Position numbers and translations under genes: made by a program. Under the pieces are notes generated by a model. It was not told where the DNA came from. It saw only the letters and a program-made list of their open reading frames with translations, and made no database searches. DNA of 62,716 nucleotides, the filler included, from Collodictyon triciliatum (taxonomy: Eukaryota), in the NCBI GenBank assembly GCA_043381765.1. It is 5 parts of 5 records of this genome, joined end to end, with 100 filler letters (N's around TTAATTAATTAA, not from the genome) between each part and the next. Parts side by side here need not be neighbours in the genome. Positions count along the whole stretch, not along the records: positions 45,579 to 60,666 come from JBHJMP010001724.1; positions 60,767 to 62,716 come from JBHJMP010001913.1; 3 more parts are not named here. The stretch is one strand, 5' to 3'. Shown here one piece after another: positions 51,893-62,716 of the stretch; position 1 is the first letter of the stretch; each line of letters opens with the position of its first letter.

Positions 51893-54091
51893 ATGGCCCA
51901 CTCCTTCGCACACCACTCCTCCGCACACAAAGCCGCCATAAGCATAAGCCAGCACGACATGTTTCCTGCGAGCCACCCACTAAACCCGGCTGAGCGCCTC
52001 GCAAGCATGGAACTCGCACCGCTGGCCTCACTCCAAGGCGCAGAATCGTCCCTTCAGCAAGACTCTGCAACAGCAACTATCTCAACCTTGACCGAGATCT
52101 ACGATGACTATGCCCAGGACGAGAGCAAAGCCGCCTTACCCAAGACAAGTCCCGCGGCCGAGAGCAGAAGCGTTCGCCCGATCAAAGTCGTCTGTGCCGA
52201 CTCTGCGCCGGCCAAGCAGGGCCCTTCTCAGTCCCGCGCAGACTCGTCCGTGCCTCCACTGACTGGGAACGAAGACGACTTTGTCCTTGTTCAGTTCCTC
52301 CCTCCCTCGCAAAGTGCAAAGCAAAGCAAAGCACAGAGACCCTCGTCCAAGACGCGCTTCCTTCGCAGTCTGCTGCGGGGGTCGTCCAGCACACAGTACT
52401 TTGCATCGTCTGCCAGAGCAGGCGAGCAAATAGACAACCTGGAGGGCAAGTGGGCCCGCTTCTTCAGTCGCGCCAGAGCCGCAGATGTAGATTACATGCG
52501 AGGCGACAAGGGCACCGATTTATACGAAGAAGAAGGCGATGAGGAGGACAACGACGATGCGCGATACGCATCCAAGAGATATACCACAGACGAGCAGATA
52601 CAAGTGTATAAAGAGTGGCAATGGCGACAGCAGCTGAAAGGCCGCGTCTCGGCGAATCTGCTATCGCAACACTCGCTACACGCAAATCCTAACTCGACGA
52701 ATCCTGCAGATGCGGCTGATGGAAGCATAGGCTCTAAACAGCCTCCCCAACATGGTTCAAAGGCATCGCGAATGTCGGCATACACACCCCCACTCGATGA
52801 ATGCGCCACAGATACACTTTGCCAGGCGTCGCTTACAAAACCAGATTGTGAATATAGTTTGCTTCACAATAAGCAGCGAGAAGCCCAAGAAAACGTCGCG
52901 CTTCTGTGGGCAAAGACAAGAGCCTTTGTTTGGAGCAAGGAGCCTTCCGAGGGCAAGATTGCAGGCGATTCGCAGCAGGCTCGAGACATATGGAGAGACT
53001 TGGTCATCGGGATGTTCCACCATGGAAAGACAAATAATCCTGGAGAGAATCTGCGAACGGCGCTTTTGTCCTTCGCATATCACCCTTGTGCCAAACTGCT
53101 GAACGGGAAAGACACGACGCAGACAAGCCGGTATCTTTCCAGGCAAGCAATGAAGGAGCATCAGCGGGGGAATCTGGAGCGCGCACAGATGCTGTACATC
53201 TGGCTTGCCACGATGGAGCCAAACTGGTCTCTACCACTTATCGGCCTGCGACTGCTCTACATCGAACGCCCTTCTTTGGGCCCGTTGCCTCGCTCGTGTC
53301 CATTACCAGACGCCCTACTCCAGCGCTTGGCAGCACTTTCCTTTGAATCGCACAGGGAATCGTATACTATTCTATTCAATCTGATTGGCTTCGACTCGGC
53401 TGGACACTGGTCATCCTGCCGGCATCATATCGACCATAAAAAAGATGCAGGAGATGGCAGCGATAGTGGTAGTAATGACGAGGACTTTGAATGCGATTGC
53501 TGGTCTGCAAGGAAGGTGAAGCGCTCTGGTGAATCTGTTGCGCGCTGTTTCGTGGCCATCAGTAGATACTGGGGATGGGGCGTTTCTCGAGATGCAAAAC
53601 GTGCGGTTATTTGGCTGCGAAAGGCTGCTGAGGACGGCTTGGCGGCTGCACAGGCATCGCTTGGGGTGTTGTATCTTACGGATTTGTCCCGTGATTATCC
53701 CATTCATATCGCGGTAAGTTGGCTTCGAAAGGCAGCTGGCGCGGGGCACGCGGCAGCCATGACAAATGTCGGTGTTGCTTACCTGATGGGCTACCATGAT
53801 GGCGGGGATGGCCTTGGAATAGAAGAATACGATGGTGCAGAACCCCGCAAGACACAGGGCGATGGGGCTTTGGGCTTCAGAGCGAATGAGGAGGATGCTG
53901 TGAACGCTTTTCGCTCGGCTGCCAGCCTTGGAGAGGAGAAGGCGTGGGAGTATTTGGCCTTGTGCGCCATGAATGGGCAAGGAATGCAAAGAGACCTGGA
54001 TTATGCCGTTTTTTGCATGAAGGAGGCTCTTCAGCGAGGAAGTTTACAGGCTGCGCGGTTTCTTATGCAGCACAATCTGCAGGCGTATTGA
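51893..54091 (+). CDS. Intronless Sel1-like repeat protein, 732 aa, with a low-complexity N-terminus
   Basis: Sel1 motifs GWGVSRDAKRAVIWLRKAAEDGLAAAQASLGVLY, AVSWLRKAAGAGHAAAMTNVGVAY and GQGMQRDLDYA. Confidence 0.85.
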   Translation: MAHSFAHHSSAHKAAISISQHDMFPASHPLNPAERLASMELAPLASLQGAESSLQQDSATATISTLTEIYDDYAQDESKAALPKTSPAAESRSVRPIKVVCADSAPAKQGPSQSRADSSVPPLTGNEDDFVLVQFLPPSQSAKQSKAQRPSSKTRFLRSLLRGSSSTQYFASSARAGEQIDNLEGKWARFFSRARAADVDYMRGDKGTDLYEEEGDEEDNDDARYASKRYTTDEQIQVYKEWQWRQQLKGRVSANLLSQHSLHANPNSTNPADAADGSIGSKQPPQHGSKASRMSAYTPPLDECATDTLCQASLTKPDCEYSLLHNKQREAQENVALLWAKTRAFVWSKEPSEGKIAGDSQQARDIWRDLVIGMFHHGKTNNPGENLRTALLSFAYHPCAKLLNGKDTTQTSRYLSRQAMKEHQRGNLERAQMLYIWLATMEPNWSLPLIGLRLLYIERPSLGPLPRSCPLPDALLQRLAALSFESHRESYTILFNLIGFDSAGHWSSCRHHIDHKKDAGDGSDSGSNDEDFECDCWSARKVKRSGESVARCFVAISRYWGWGVSRDAKRAVIWLRKAAEDGLAAAQASLGVLYLTDLSRDYPIHIAVSWLRKAAGAGHAAAMTNVGVAYLMGYHDGGDGLGIEEYDGAEPRKTQGDGALGFRANEEDAVNAFRSAASLGEEKAWEYLALCAMNGQGMQRDLDYAVFCMKEALQRGSLQAARFLMQHNLQAY

Positions 54092-54583
54092 TAGCGCTGG
54101 AGCTGTTCTCGATTCCCTTTCTTCGCCTTTCTATATCGTTACCTATGCCTCTTACTTTTCCTTTTCCTTTTTTGTTCCTTTTTTTCTTTTGTTTTGTCTT
54201 GGCTCATTATTTCAAAAAGACTATCTTCCTTAAGGGCATTAGAATGGATATAAAAACAAAAAAGAAAAGAAAAGAAAAAGAAATTGGCATGTGTAAATGG
54301 AATGTTCCTGGCTCTTTGGGAACCGGTCACTTTTAAGTAAAATTATATATATATATATATACTTATCAAACTATTTATTTTTATCTCCCTCTCTTGTAAT
54401 ATATTTTTTTTTAAAACTCGTCTCGGATGAATTGAACAATCGGCAACCAATCCTTTTCCTGTTCGAAAATTGTCCATCGCGCCCAGATGGCAGTTATCAT
54501 CCGCTCATCATTGTATAAAAGGCCCTGTAGAAGCGCGCAAATGTCCTACACAAAATCATGACATCGCATTTGGTCTCAAACAA

Positions 54584-56342
54584 TTACTGGGGCCGTTCCT
54601 TAAAAGTCAGAGGGAAAACACAATTTGTAAATATATAATTTTTTTCCATCAGAAACGAGATGTAATTAATAAATTAATTACCTGGTACACAGGACGTTTA
54701 TCATATAAATCATGTCTTGAAAGACTTTTATAGACGAACTTCAATCTGAGTTTATCTCCTTCAAGAAACAGATCCACATTTAAGTGTAGTTTTCAAAAAA
54801 AAAAAAAAAGAATGAAGAGAATAATACATAAAGTTTCATAAGTCTTCATAGGAAAAGAATTGCACCGTTTCTTAATGCCCAATATATTACGTCAAGCAAA
54901 GCTTTTTCGTCAAAAGGATGAATCGCAAGATTGAAGGAAAGCAGTTCAATCCACAGGGGCGATTGTCTGTTTGCTCTGCACCAATCTAATATAGATTTCG
55001 GTATCACATCTCCTACTCTGAACGAGTTTGCGTCAGTCATAGAAACAAAATTTAGAGAGTAAAAATGAATGATATCAATTACAGATAAAATGCTTCGCCA
55101 TCGTAATTCAGACTTGAATGAAACCTTAAAATGCCCTTGTTATTATTATGGTTGATAATCAAATAGGTAATGACTTTCACAATATTTTTCTGGTGCCATT
55201 CCTCGAAAATTCGCATGTTTGAGACAGTAACCAACAAAGCTGTCAATGTCATAAAGCAAGGTACATTCAATTCACGACTATTAGGCTTGTAATCTCCAGT
55301 TGAATGCGATAATATATGACCTATATTGCTTGACATCATGACGCGTACTTTTTTGTGGATCTCGATTAATTTTATTCGTAGACAAAGAGAACAAAATACA
55401 AATAGATAATAAATATCAACCAATAAGATGATCTGAATAGGAAGACATGCGCTGGATGATGGCTACGCTTTCTGGAGTTTCTATATGACTAGTTTTGCAC
55501 AAGGATACAAAGTATCAAAAATAAGCACGGATATTCTAAATATATATGTATCTTTGAAAAAGAATAACCTGGTTGGTTGGGATTGAATTTGTTTCGAGAT
55601 TGTTTCACAACTTTCAATTACCTTGGAAAGGGATAGAGTGGCGTTGTTCTAAATAAATAATGAATATAAATATAAAATATTGGAAGCATTTGTCATGGTC
55701 AGAAAAATTATAACTATTCGCTCATCGGGTTATTCATGGTTTGTCTTGAAAAGAAAAAATGTTGTAAAAGAATTACCATAATATCCGATTGGTCGAGTGA
55801 TTCAATAGTACCAACGTGTTTATCAAAGAATATTGAAAGTAGTGACATATCCGGATTTTTAGGGTGCAGTACATATGAGAGTGATTCCATGTACTCGACC
55901 CAGAATAGCATTACACCAATATCTTTTTTTAAAACAGTGCACGCGTCTGATTGGTGACAGCTCCCAGACATGGAGACTAACAATCTATGCATGGAAGATA
56001 TCTGCACAATTGAATTGTCCATATCACCGGATGCGAAGAAACCTGGATGGCAGAGATTTTGACATAAATAAAAAAAAGAAGGGACTAAGATGATAATTGT
56101 ACAACACAATAGTATTAATTGTAGCTGAACCATTTTTATAATAATCATGGTATTGGACAGCACATTTATATTGTTTAAATAAAATAGAAGAGGGGAAAAA
56201 CGCTCTTGAAATATCGTATCAATGCAATCGCCAAAAAATTACACTTTGATGCTTGTACATAGAAGGGTATGCTTTTCAAATCATTTCCTATTTCCTCAGC
56301 GCGTTGAGCACATTGATGGGCTTTTGCCAATAAGCTGGGCAT
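54584..56342 (-). CDS. Hypothetical multi-exon protein, probably alpha-helical; unknown function
   Basis: A series of protein-like exons (MPSLLAKAHQCAQRAEE..., LFWVEYMESL..., DWCRANRQSPLWIELL...HPFDEKALL) separated by AT-rich GT-AG introns. No family is recognised. Confidence 0.5.
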
Positions 56343-56418
56343 GTGAAACCAATGCCTCGCATTAATAAAAAGACACAAATCCCAAAAAAAAAAATTTAAA
56401 AAAGAGGCAGATTTAAGA

Positions 56419-56660
56419 ATGAAGAAAAAGAAGAGAAGAGAAAAACACGAAAAGAAAGAAAGAAAAGAAAATAAAAACACGAAAAGAAACAGAAAAAGAA
56501 ACAGAAAAAGAAAAGGAAAAGAAAAAGAAAAAGAGAAACAAGAAAAAGAAACAGAAAAGGAAAAGAAAAAGAGAAACAAGAAAAAGAAAGGAAAAGAAAC
56601 AGAAAAAGAAGAAAAAAGAGAAAAGAAAAAAGACAAGAAAATAGACAAGAAAATAGAAAC
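56419..56660. repeat. Low-complexity A/G-rich tract
   Basis: Read directly from the sequence. Confidence 0.85.
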
Positions 56661-57646
56661 GAACCATGGCGTTGAGTTGGTCTCCACTGGACTTTTTGGA
56701 GCTTGTTTATGCGCATAAAATTATTTTGGTAAAAAAAAANNNNNNNNNNNNNNNNNNNNNNNNNNNNNNNNNNNNNNNNNNNNNNNNNNNNNNNNNNNNN
56801 NNNNNNNNNNNNNNNNNNNNNNNNNNNNNNNNNNNNNNNNNNNNNNNNNNNNNNNNNNNNNNNNNNNNNNNNNNNNNNNNNNNNNNNNNNNNNNNNNNNN
56901 NNNNNNNNNNNNNNNNNNNNNNNNNNNNNNNNNNNNNNNNNNNNNNNNNNNNNNNNNNNNNNNNNNNNNNNNNNNNNNNNNNNNNNNNNNNNNNNNNNNN
57001 NNNNNNNNNNNNNNNNNNNNNNNNNNNNNNNNNNNNNNNNNNNNNNNNNNNNNNNNNNNNNNNNNNNNNNNNNNNNNNNNNNNNNNNNNNNNNNNNNNNN
57101 NNNNNNNNNNNNNNNNNNNNNNNNNNNNNNNNNNNNNNNNNNNNNNNNNNNNNNNNNNNNNNNNNNNNNNNNNNNNNNNNNNNNNNNNNNNNNNNNNNNN
57201 NNNNNNNNNNNNNNNNNNNNNNNNNNNNNNNNNNNNNNNNNNNNNNNNNNNNNNNNNNNNNNNNNNNNNNNNNNNNNNNNNNNNNNNNNNNNNNNNNNNN
57301 NNNNNNNNNNNNNNNNNNNNNNNNNNNNNNNNNNNNNNNNNNNNNNNNNNNNNNNNNNNNNNNNNNNNNNNNNNNNNNNNNNNNNNNNNNNNNNNNNNNN
57401 NNNNNNNNNNNNNNNNNNNNNNNNNNNNNNNNNNNNNNNNNNNNNNNNNNNNNNNNNNNNNNNNNNNNNNNNNNNNNNNNNNNNNNNNNNNNNNNNNNNN
57501 NNNNNNNNNNNNNNNNNNNNNNNNNNNNNNNNNNNNNNNNNNNNNNNNNNNNNNNNNNNNNNNNNNNNNNNNNNNNNNNNNNNNNNNNNNNNNNNNNNNN
57601 NNNNNNNNNNNNNNNNNNNNNNNNNNNNNNNNNNNNNNNNNNNNNC

Positions 57647-59658
57647 ACTGCCCAGAGTATTTTTTTGCCTCTGGACGCAGCTGTTGCAGAGGCCCAAATA
57701 TCGCCTGGATTGGGCCAACAGCCGCAGCCGTCTTGAGTGTCAGTCGAAGAATCTCACCGGCTGTTTCTCGCAGGTTTTGAGCGAAGGGACATTGCACAAA
57801 TGTGTGCTCAATAGATTCATCACCGTTGCTGCAAAGTGTGCATTGTTGGGAGACTTTGCCAGCTTTTGCCGCGCGTGTGCCTATCCATAGCTCCCTATTG
57901 GTGATATTAAGCATTAGAGAGCGGTGATTTGGAAGGACTTGCGGAGTTCGTGCTTGTCTCCAGCTCGCGGTGAGCGGAGTATGGGTGATGCCCAGTGTTT
58001 CTCCCCACCGTTGATGTTTTGACTTTTTGTAGGGTGTCAGCGGCGATATTTTGTATCGAGAGAATTTGGAGTAGGCCATAGCCATCGAGAGCTGCATAGA
58101 CTGCGCACCGTTAGACTAGCGTTCGTTCTTGAGGCGGAAAAAGAATGGCGACGGGATGTCGTACGAGATTGGTCTGCGTAAGCGCCATTTTCCTTTGTTG
58201 TTCAGGAGGGCTGTGGTTGGCTGTGCATCATGTGTGCGGAATGCGGTGGAGTCTGGCGTTGTGATGTACGAGCTGTCTTCATTGTTCATGGGGGGTTGCA
58301 GCATGCTGGTAGTTTGTTTTGTTAGGGGCGCCCTCGAATGTTGGGAATTGCGGTGTGGAGCTGACACTGCTCTGGGGTGTTCCTGATTCAGTCACTGCCT
58401 CTTGGGACGCGGGTGTGAGATGGAGCGAGTCGTTGCTGGAGTTTGCTTCTTTAGGGCTATTCGATTTTTGCACGAGCTTTGCTGGGGTCACATCGGGGCT
58501 CTTATGGAGCATGAAGCTGGCTATGTTTGTTTGTCTAGTCGACTTGGATTGAGGCGCTGATGAAGGTCTTTCCGCTCTCGGTGGTTTAGATTGGGTTTGG
58601 AGCTTGGGTTTGCTGTTGGTGTCTTTGGTGTAGTCGTCCTCCTCTCAAGGGTTCTTCCAGACGAAGATGCCGTGCCTTGGTCTGTTTGTTCGGTTGGTTT
58701 CAGGGTGACGCGCATTTCCAAAGTTTCATTTACTTTCTTTGGGAGTTCCTTGCGAGAGGTGCTTATTGGTTGGGTGGCGGTAATGGGCTGAGGTGGGTCA
58801 TCGTCCTCGTCTTCCATGGCTTCGGGTGGTGGTGTTCGGGAGGGTTGGGCCTGTCTTTCACCCCTGGACTGCGTGGGTTGCGAGGGTTTGCGGTTGGGTT
58901 TATCGTGGTATTTGTCTTGGTGCTTGTTATGCTTGGTATCGTGTTGGGGCTTCTCCTTCCGTTCGGGGGAGGAGTATGAAGGGGACGAGGAATCCTTGCA
59001 GGTTTATTTTCTTATTTGGCACTCTGGGCAGTTCTGATGCCGGGAACTTGACCAGCGCGTCATTGCTCCAGATACCGTCCACAGCTTCGTAGTAAAGTAT
59101 GGTAGGCGAAAATAATGTTCTGCAGGCCTCTTCAATGTCTTCCTTGGTGAAGCCAGGGGGAATATCGTTGATGATAGCGGAGTGAAGATGTGGCCTCTCT
59201 TGGTATGGGCGGAAGAAGCGGCCAAGCAGTTTAAACTGTCCTGCTTTGGCAAACTCTGCGGCGTTTTGTTGGTGCGGAAAGGCTACTGTGTATCCTTGGG
59301 GTTAATCGTACAGTTGCATGATGACGTTCTCCTCGTGGCACTTGAGTTGCTGAAGGACTTGGGCGAGTTCTTTCTTCGCTTGGTTGCGGGCTTCGTGGTT
59401 CTGGGGCAGTTTGTGCTTACCTCGAAGGCGGGCGTAGCAGCCGGCTCCGTACAGGTTCTGCTCCTGGGCTCTCTTTGATTGGCGGTTCGATGTTGTTAAA
59501 GAGCCTTGGTCGAGTTGTGTAGTCCATTCTTGTGCTTTTGAGTGTGTTTGTCTCAAGCTTTCGCTTTCGACATCCACACTCGAGTTGGTCTCCGTGATGA
59601 TGTGTTCTGACAAACTCGCTATCACGGATTTCTTTCCATTAACGCCACATTTCTGCAT
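57647..59658 (-). mobile_element. Degraded, internally deleted non-LTR retrotransposon (L1/Tx1-like)
   Basis: An ORF1-like region with premature stops (GYTVAF...AIINDIPPGFTKEDIEEA...ALVKF, RRM-like) is followed by the ORF2 C-terminal zf-RVT motif CTLCSNGDESIEHTFVQCPF. It is intronless and more GC-rich than its flanks. No endonuclease or RT motifs are seen between the two parts. Confidence 0.75.
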
Positions 59659-60048
59659 ATCTTTTGGCTTTTTAACTGCATGCCTTTTTTAAATTATATA
59701 TATTAAAATCACGCGCTGTTATGAATACAAATATGTTATGTCATTATTCAAACAGGTAACAAAAGAATAAACATGATTACATTATATATTCCACATACGC
59801 ACATATACACCATTCTCTGAATCAACATAAAAAACAAAAACAAAACAAAACAATAAATCCATCGCTTATCCTCTTCAACTCAATCTGATTGTAAACACTT
59901 TCATTCTTTCATACTTTCATACTTTCATTCTTCCACTCTCATACAAAACACAATCATCAAAACACCCATACGTACTTTTTGTTAAACCATGCAATCATTA
60001 TCATTAATATAACAAAACCAAGGTAAAAGACGAGAGGCTTGCGATACA

Positions 60049-60417
60049 ATGCAGAGCGAGTGCAACTGCCCGACCTGCCTCAAAACCTTCCAAGAAACCG
60101 CACAACTCCCGTGCGGACACGTCTTCTGCCGCGAGTGTGTTTCAGGCACCGAGAAGCTCGCACTCAAGACAAGCGCAACACTCGCGTGTCCCGTCTGCAG
60201 AGTCGAGTACGCTGCTCCGTCGCACGACAAACCGCACCCAAACTCAGTTTACCACGACCAACTCGTTTCTCGCAGAGATCCAAAGAAGAAGCATGAATGC
60301 TCGCTCTGCCCAAACGAACCCTCTCTGGTTTGTAAGAAAGACTGTGGTTTACTTTGTGAAGAGTGTCAAGAAAAGTTCCACTCGAAAATGAAAACAACCA
60401 TGAGTCACGAAGTCAGG
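60049..60417 (+). CDS. RING (C3HC4) plus B-box protein (TRIM-like), first exon; remainder lost at the gap
   Basis: RING CPTC...LPCGHVFCREC...CPVC, then B-box CSLC...C...C..LCEEC...H......H. Confidence 0.8.
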
Positions 60418-60766
60418 TAGCTTTTCCCTTTCATGAGTAGTTCATCCATTCTTGTTATCGCTTTTTGTGCTGAATACTAGCTTTTGTTATTTATTTATGT
60501 CTCCTTTTTTCCCTTTCCTCTTATCTCTTCTTCTTTCTTTTCTTTTTTCTTTCTTCTTTCTTCTTTCTTCTTTTCTTCTTTTCTTCTTTTCTTCTTTTCT
60601 TCTTTTCTTCTTTTCTTCTTTTCTTCTTTTCTTCTTTTCTTCTTTTCTTCTTTTCTTCTTTTTTTTNNNNNNNNNNNNNNNNNNNNNNNNNNNNNNNNNN
60701 NNNNNNNNNNTTAATTAATTAANNNNNNNNNNNNNNNNNNNNNNNNNNNNNNNNNNNNNNNNNNNN

Positions 60767-62716
60767 GTTAAATGAGTCCAAAGACGAGCAATGTCCTCAA
60801 TAATGTGTTCCTTTTTCTCCACAAGCATATGAAGAAAACAAGAACAAAAACAAAAACAAAAACAAAAACAAAAACAAAAAAGAAAAGAGAAAAATAGAAA
60901 GAGAAAAATAGAAAGAGAAAAATAGAAAGAGAAAAATAGAAAGAGAAAAATAGAAAGAGAAAAATAGAAAGAGAAAGAAGAAAGAGAAAGAGGAAAGAGA
61001 AAGAGAAAGAAGAAAGGGAATAGAGAAAGAGTAAAGGAGAAAAAGAAAGAGAAGAAGGACATTAAGAAAATAGAAAATAAGAAAAGAGAAATAAAAAGAG
61101 AAATAAAGAAATAAAAGACAAAAGAGAAAAGAGCAAAAAGGAGAAGAGAAATAGAAAGGAGAAAGAAAGAGGAAAGAGAGAAATACGGTGTGGACTGGGA
61201 TGAGAAAGAGAGGAAACGAGGTGGGGAAACGAGAGAAAGAGAGAAAGAGAGGAAAGAGAGAAAGAGAGAAAGAGAGAAAGAGAGAAAAGCCACAACAAAG
61301 CACAAAGTAAGAACCTTTGCAGAAAGAGGCAGGAATGCACTGCTCTGGATGGTTGTTGGCCTGCGAATACCACACTCGCAATGATCTCTGGACAGCCACG
61401 GGAGCGGACGCCCATTGAGAAAAAGTCCGTACTTTTGCTTTGATCGTCCTCTGTCGGGGTCGCCATTCTTTGCTCTGCCTTCTCCGAGTCCGTAACGCGA
61501 TCGAATGTGCTGTGAAAGTTAAAGAGTTCAACGACCCTTGCGAAGACCATTGGCGAAAGAATACGGTGCCAACCAACACACCCTGCGAATAAAAAGCTCC
61601 TTCTTTCAGCTGATATTCATTTCTTTGTTGAAAAGTTTTGGAGGCCATTGGCACAGTGAATAAGCATATGAATACATATTTCTCATTTTCCCTTCCTTAT
61701 GTGTTACTTTTTTCTGATTTCGTATTCTTTCGCCCTTGTTGTGTGGCTTTGTCTGATGCGCAACCTGCATATCCGTCGTGTCATTTCTTCCAAGGTTTAA
61801 CTTTTCATCATCTTAAGATAAGTCGCCAGGCATCAGCTCTTCCGTCCCAGTGGTCTTATCATCGGAGAAACAGGCAGCCCACACCCATTCCCCCTTCATT
61901 GCAACAGCTAATTCTTTTCATAACATCCGAGCCGGAGTCGGACTGAGCCATTCTACTTGCGCAGGGTTCTCTGACTTCGGTTCTTCCATGAGAGTTCTCG
62001 GGGCTGTACACATCAGCCTTATGCTTATCTTTCATAATCAACAGGAGTTTTGGGGGGAAAAGTTGATGAAAAGGCTATGAAGACGAAACGGAACAAGTAA
62101 ACTGGGGCTATCCTCTGATTTTTCAAACCCAATAAGAGAATCTTGAGTCTCTCCAGTGGTAACGGCGATATGAATGACAGAAGTCCCTTATTTGGTAAGT
62201 AACTGACTTTGGCCTGATACACGTTTTTTTTTTTCGCTGAGAGTCTAACACTCACGAAGGCCGTATTTGAATCGGGTAAAGAAGAAAAAGAAACACCGCG
62301 CACAGCCATATCTAAAAGATGTCATTATAGATAAATGGGAAGGATGTGAGGAATTACCCCAAATGGGTCTTTACAGGAGCATCTTCCTCATTTTTGTCAA
62401 AGGAACGTAGGTGAACCATTCATCCGCAATCCAAATCAATAACGTGTGTGAAAGCACTCCTGTAATAGACTATCGACACAAGCTGACTTCAAGAGCTTCT
62501 TGATGGACTCTAGGTGAACAGAAAATAATCTCAGAGAACCAGATGAAATAAGAAATGGAATCCAAGGGCCGAAGAGCAAGCCTTTTCTTTTTATAGGAAA
62601 TCAACCAGCAATACCATAACCAGACTCTTCGCAGGATGCCTTATTGTGCAGAAGGACTGTGCCCCAATTAGCCACAATTTCTATTCATACAAATAGACTA
62701 TATTTCAAGCCTCCAT
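60767..62716 (-). CDS. Possible multi-exon hypothetical gene, structure unresolved
   Basis: Candidate exons HIRSRYGLGEG...KYGLFLNGRPLPWL...LSAK (cag acceptor, gttctt donor), KKEHIIEDIARLWTHL and MAVRGVSF...LKILLL, separated by low-complexity intron-like tracts. Confidence 0.35.

Noticed and set aside
29044-54091. Non-standard genetic code
   Set aside because: Conserved genes end at TAA or TGA at the expected positions, and the exons I parsed have no in-frame stops.
61300-62310. CENP-N-like resemblance in one reading frame
   Set aside because: The similarity was vague, and a different frame fits the splice sites better.

Overview
This is eukaryotic, AT-rich, intron-dense genomic DNA from a draft assembly, most likely a protist. 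A Cdc25 phosphatase and a minor-type intron suggest an amorphean-like lineage (inference). Genes read in the standard code with mostly short GT-AG introns. Microsatellites are abundant, and four 100-nt gaps carry an artificial TTAATTAATTAA spacer. In order, the window holds: a partial giant HECTD4-like E3 ligase (CUB-like, SPRY, two ZZ fingers, start of HECT); a partial UGGT (-); Cdc25; a PP2C; an intronless PhyH-family dioxygenase (-); a gene-poor block with two inverted copies of a repeat 3' end and a frameshifted orphan ORF; a SWSAP1-like RecA-fold gene (-); a partial listerin/LTN1 (-); an intergenic block with candidate structured RNAs including a C/D snoRNA; a Ras-like(pseudoGTPase)-PH-RhoGAP fusion gene; an intronless Sel1-repeat gene; an unknown spliced gene (-); an internally deleted non-LTR retroelement (-); and a RING/B-box exon. 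The best-supported unusual signals are a U12-type intron in Cdc25, the pseudoGTPase-PH-RhoGAP architecture, A-rich/AAG 3' splice sites, candidate ncRNAs complementary to SSU rRNA helix 18, and a possible endogenous viral fragment. Exon structures were read by hand and are approximate.
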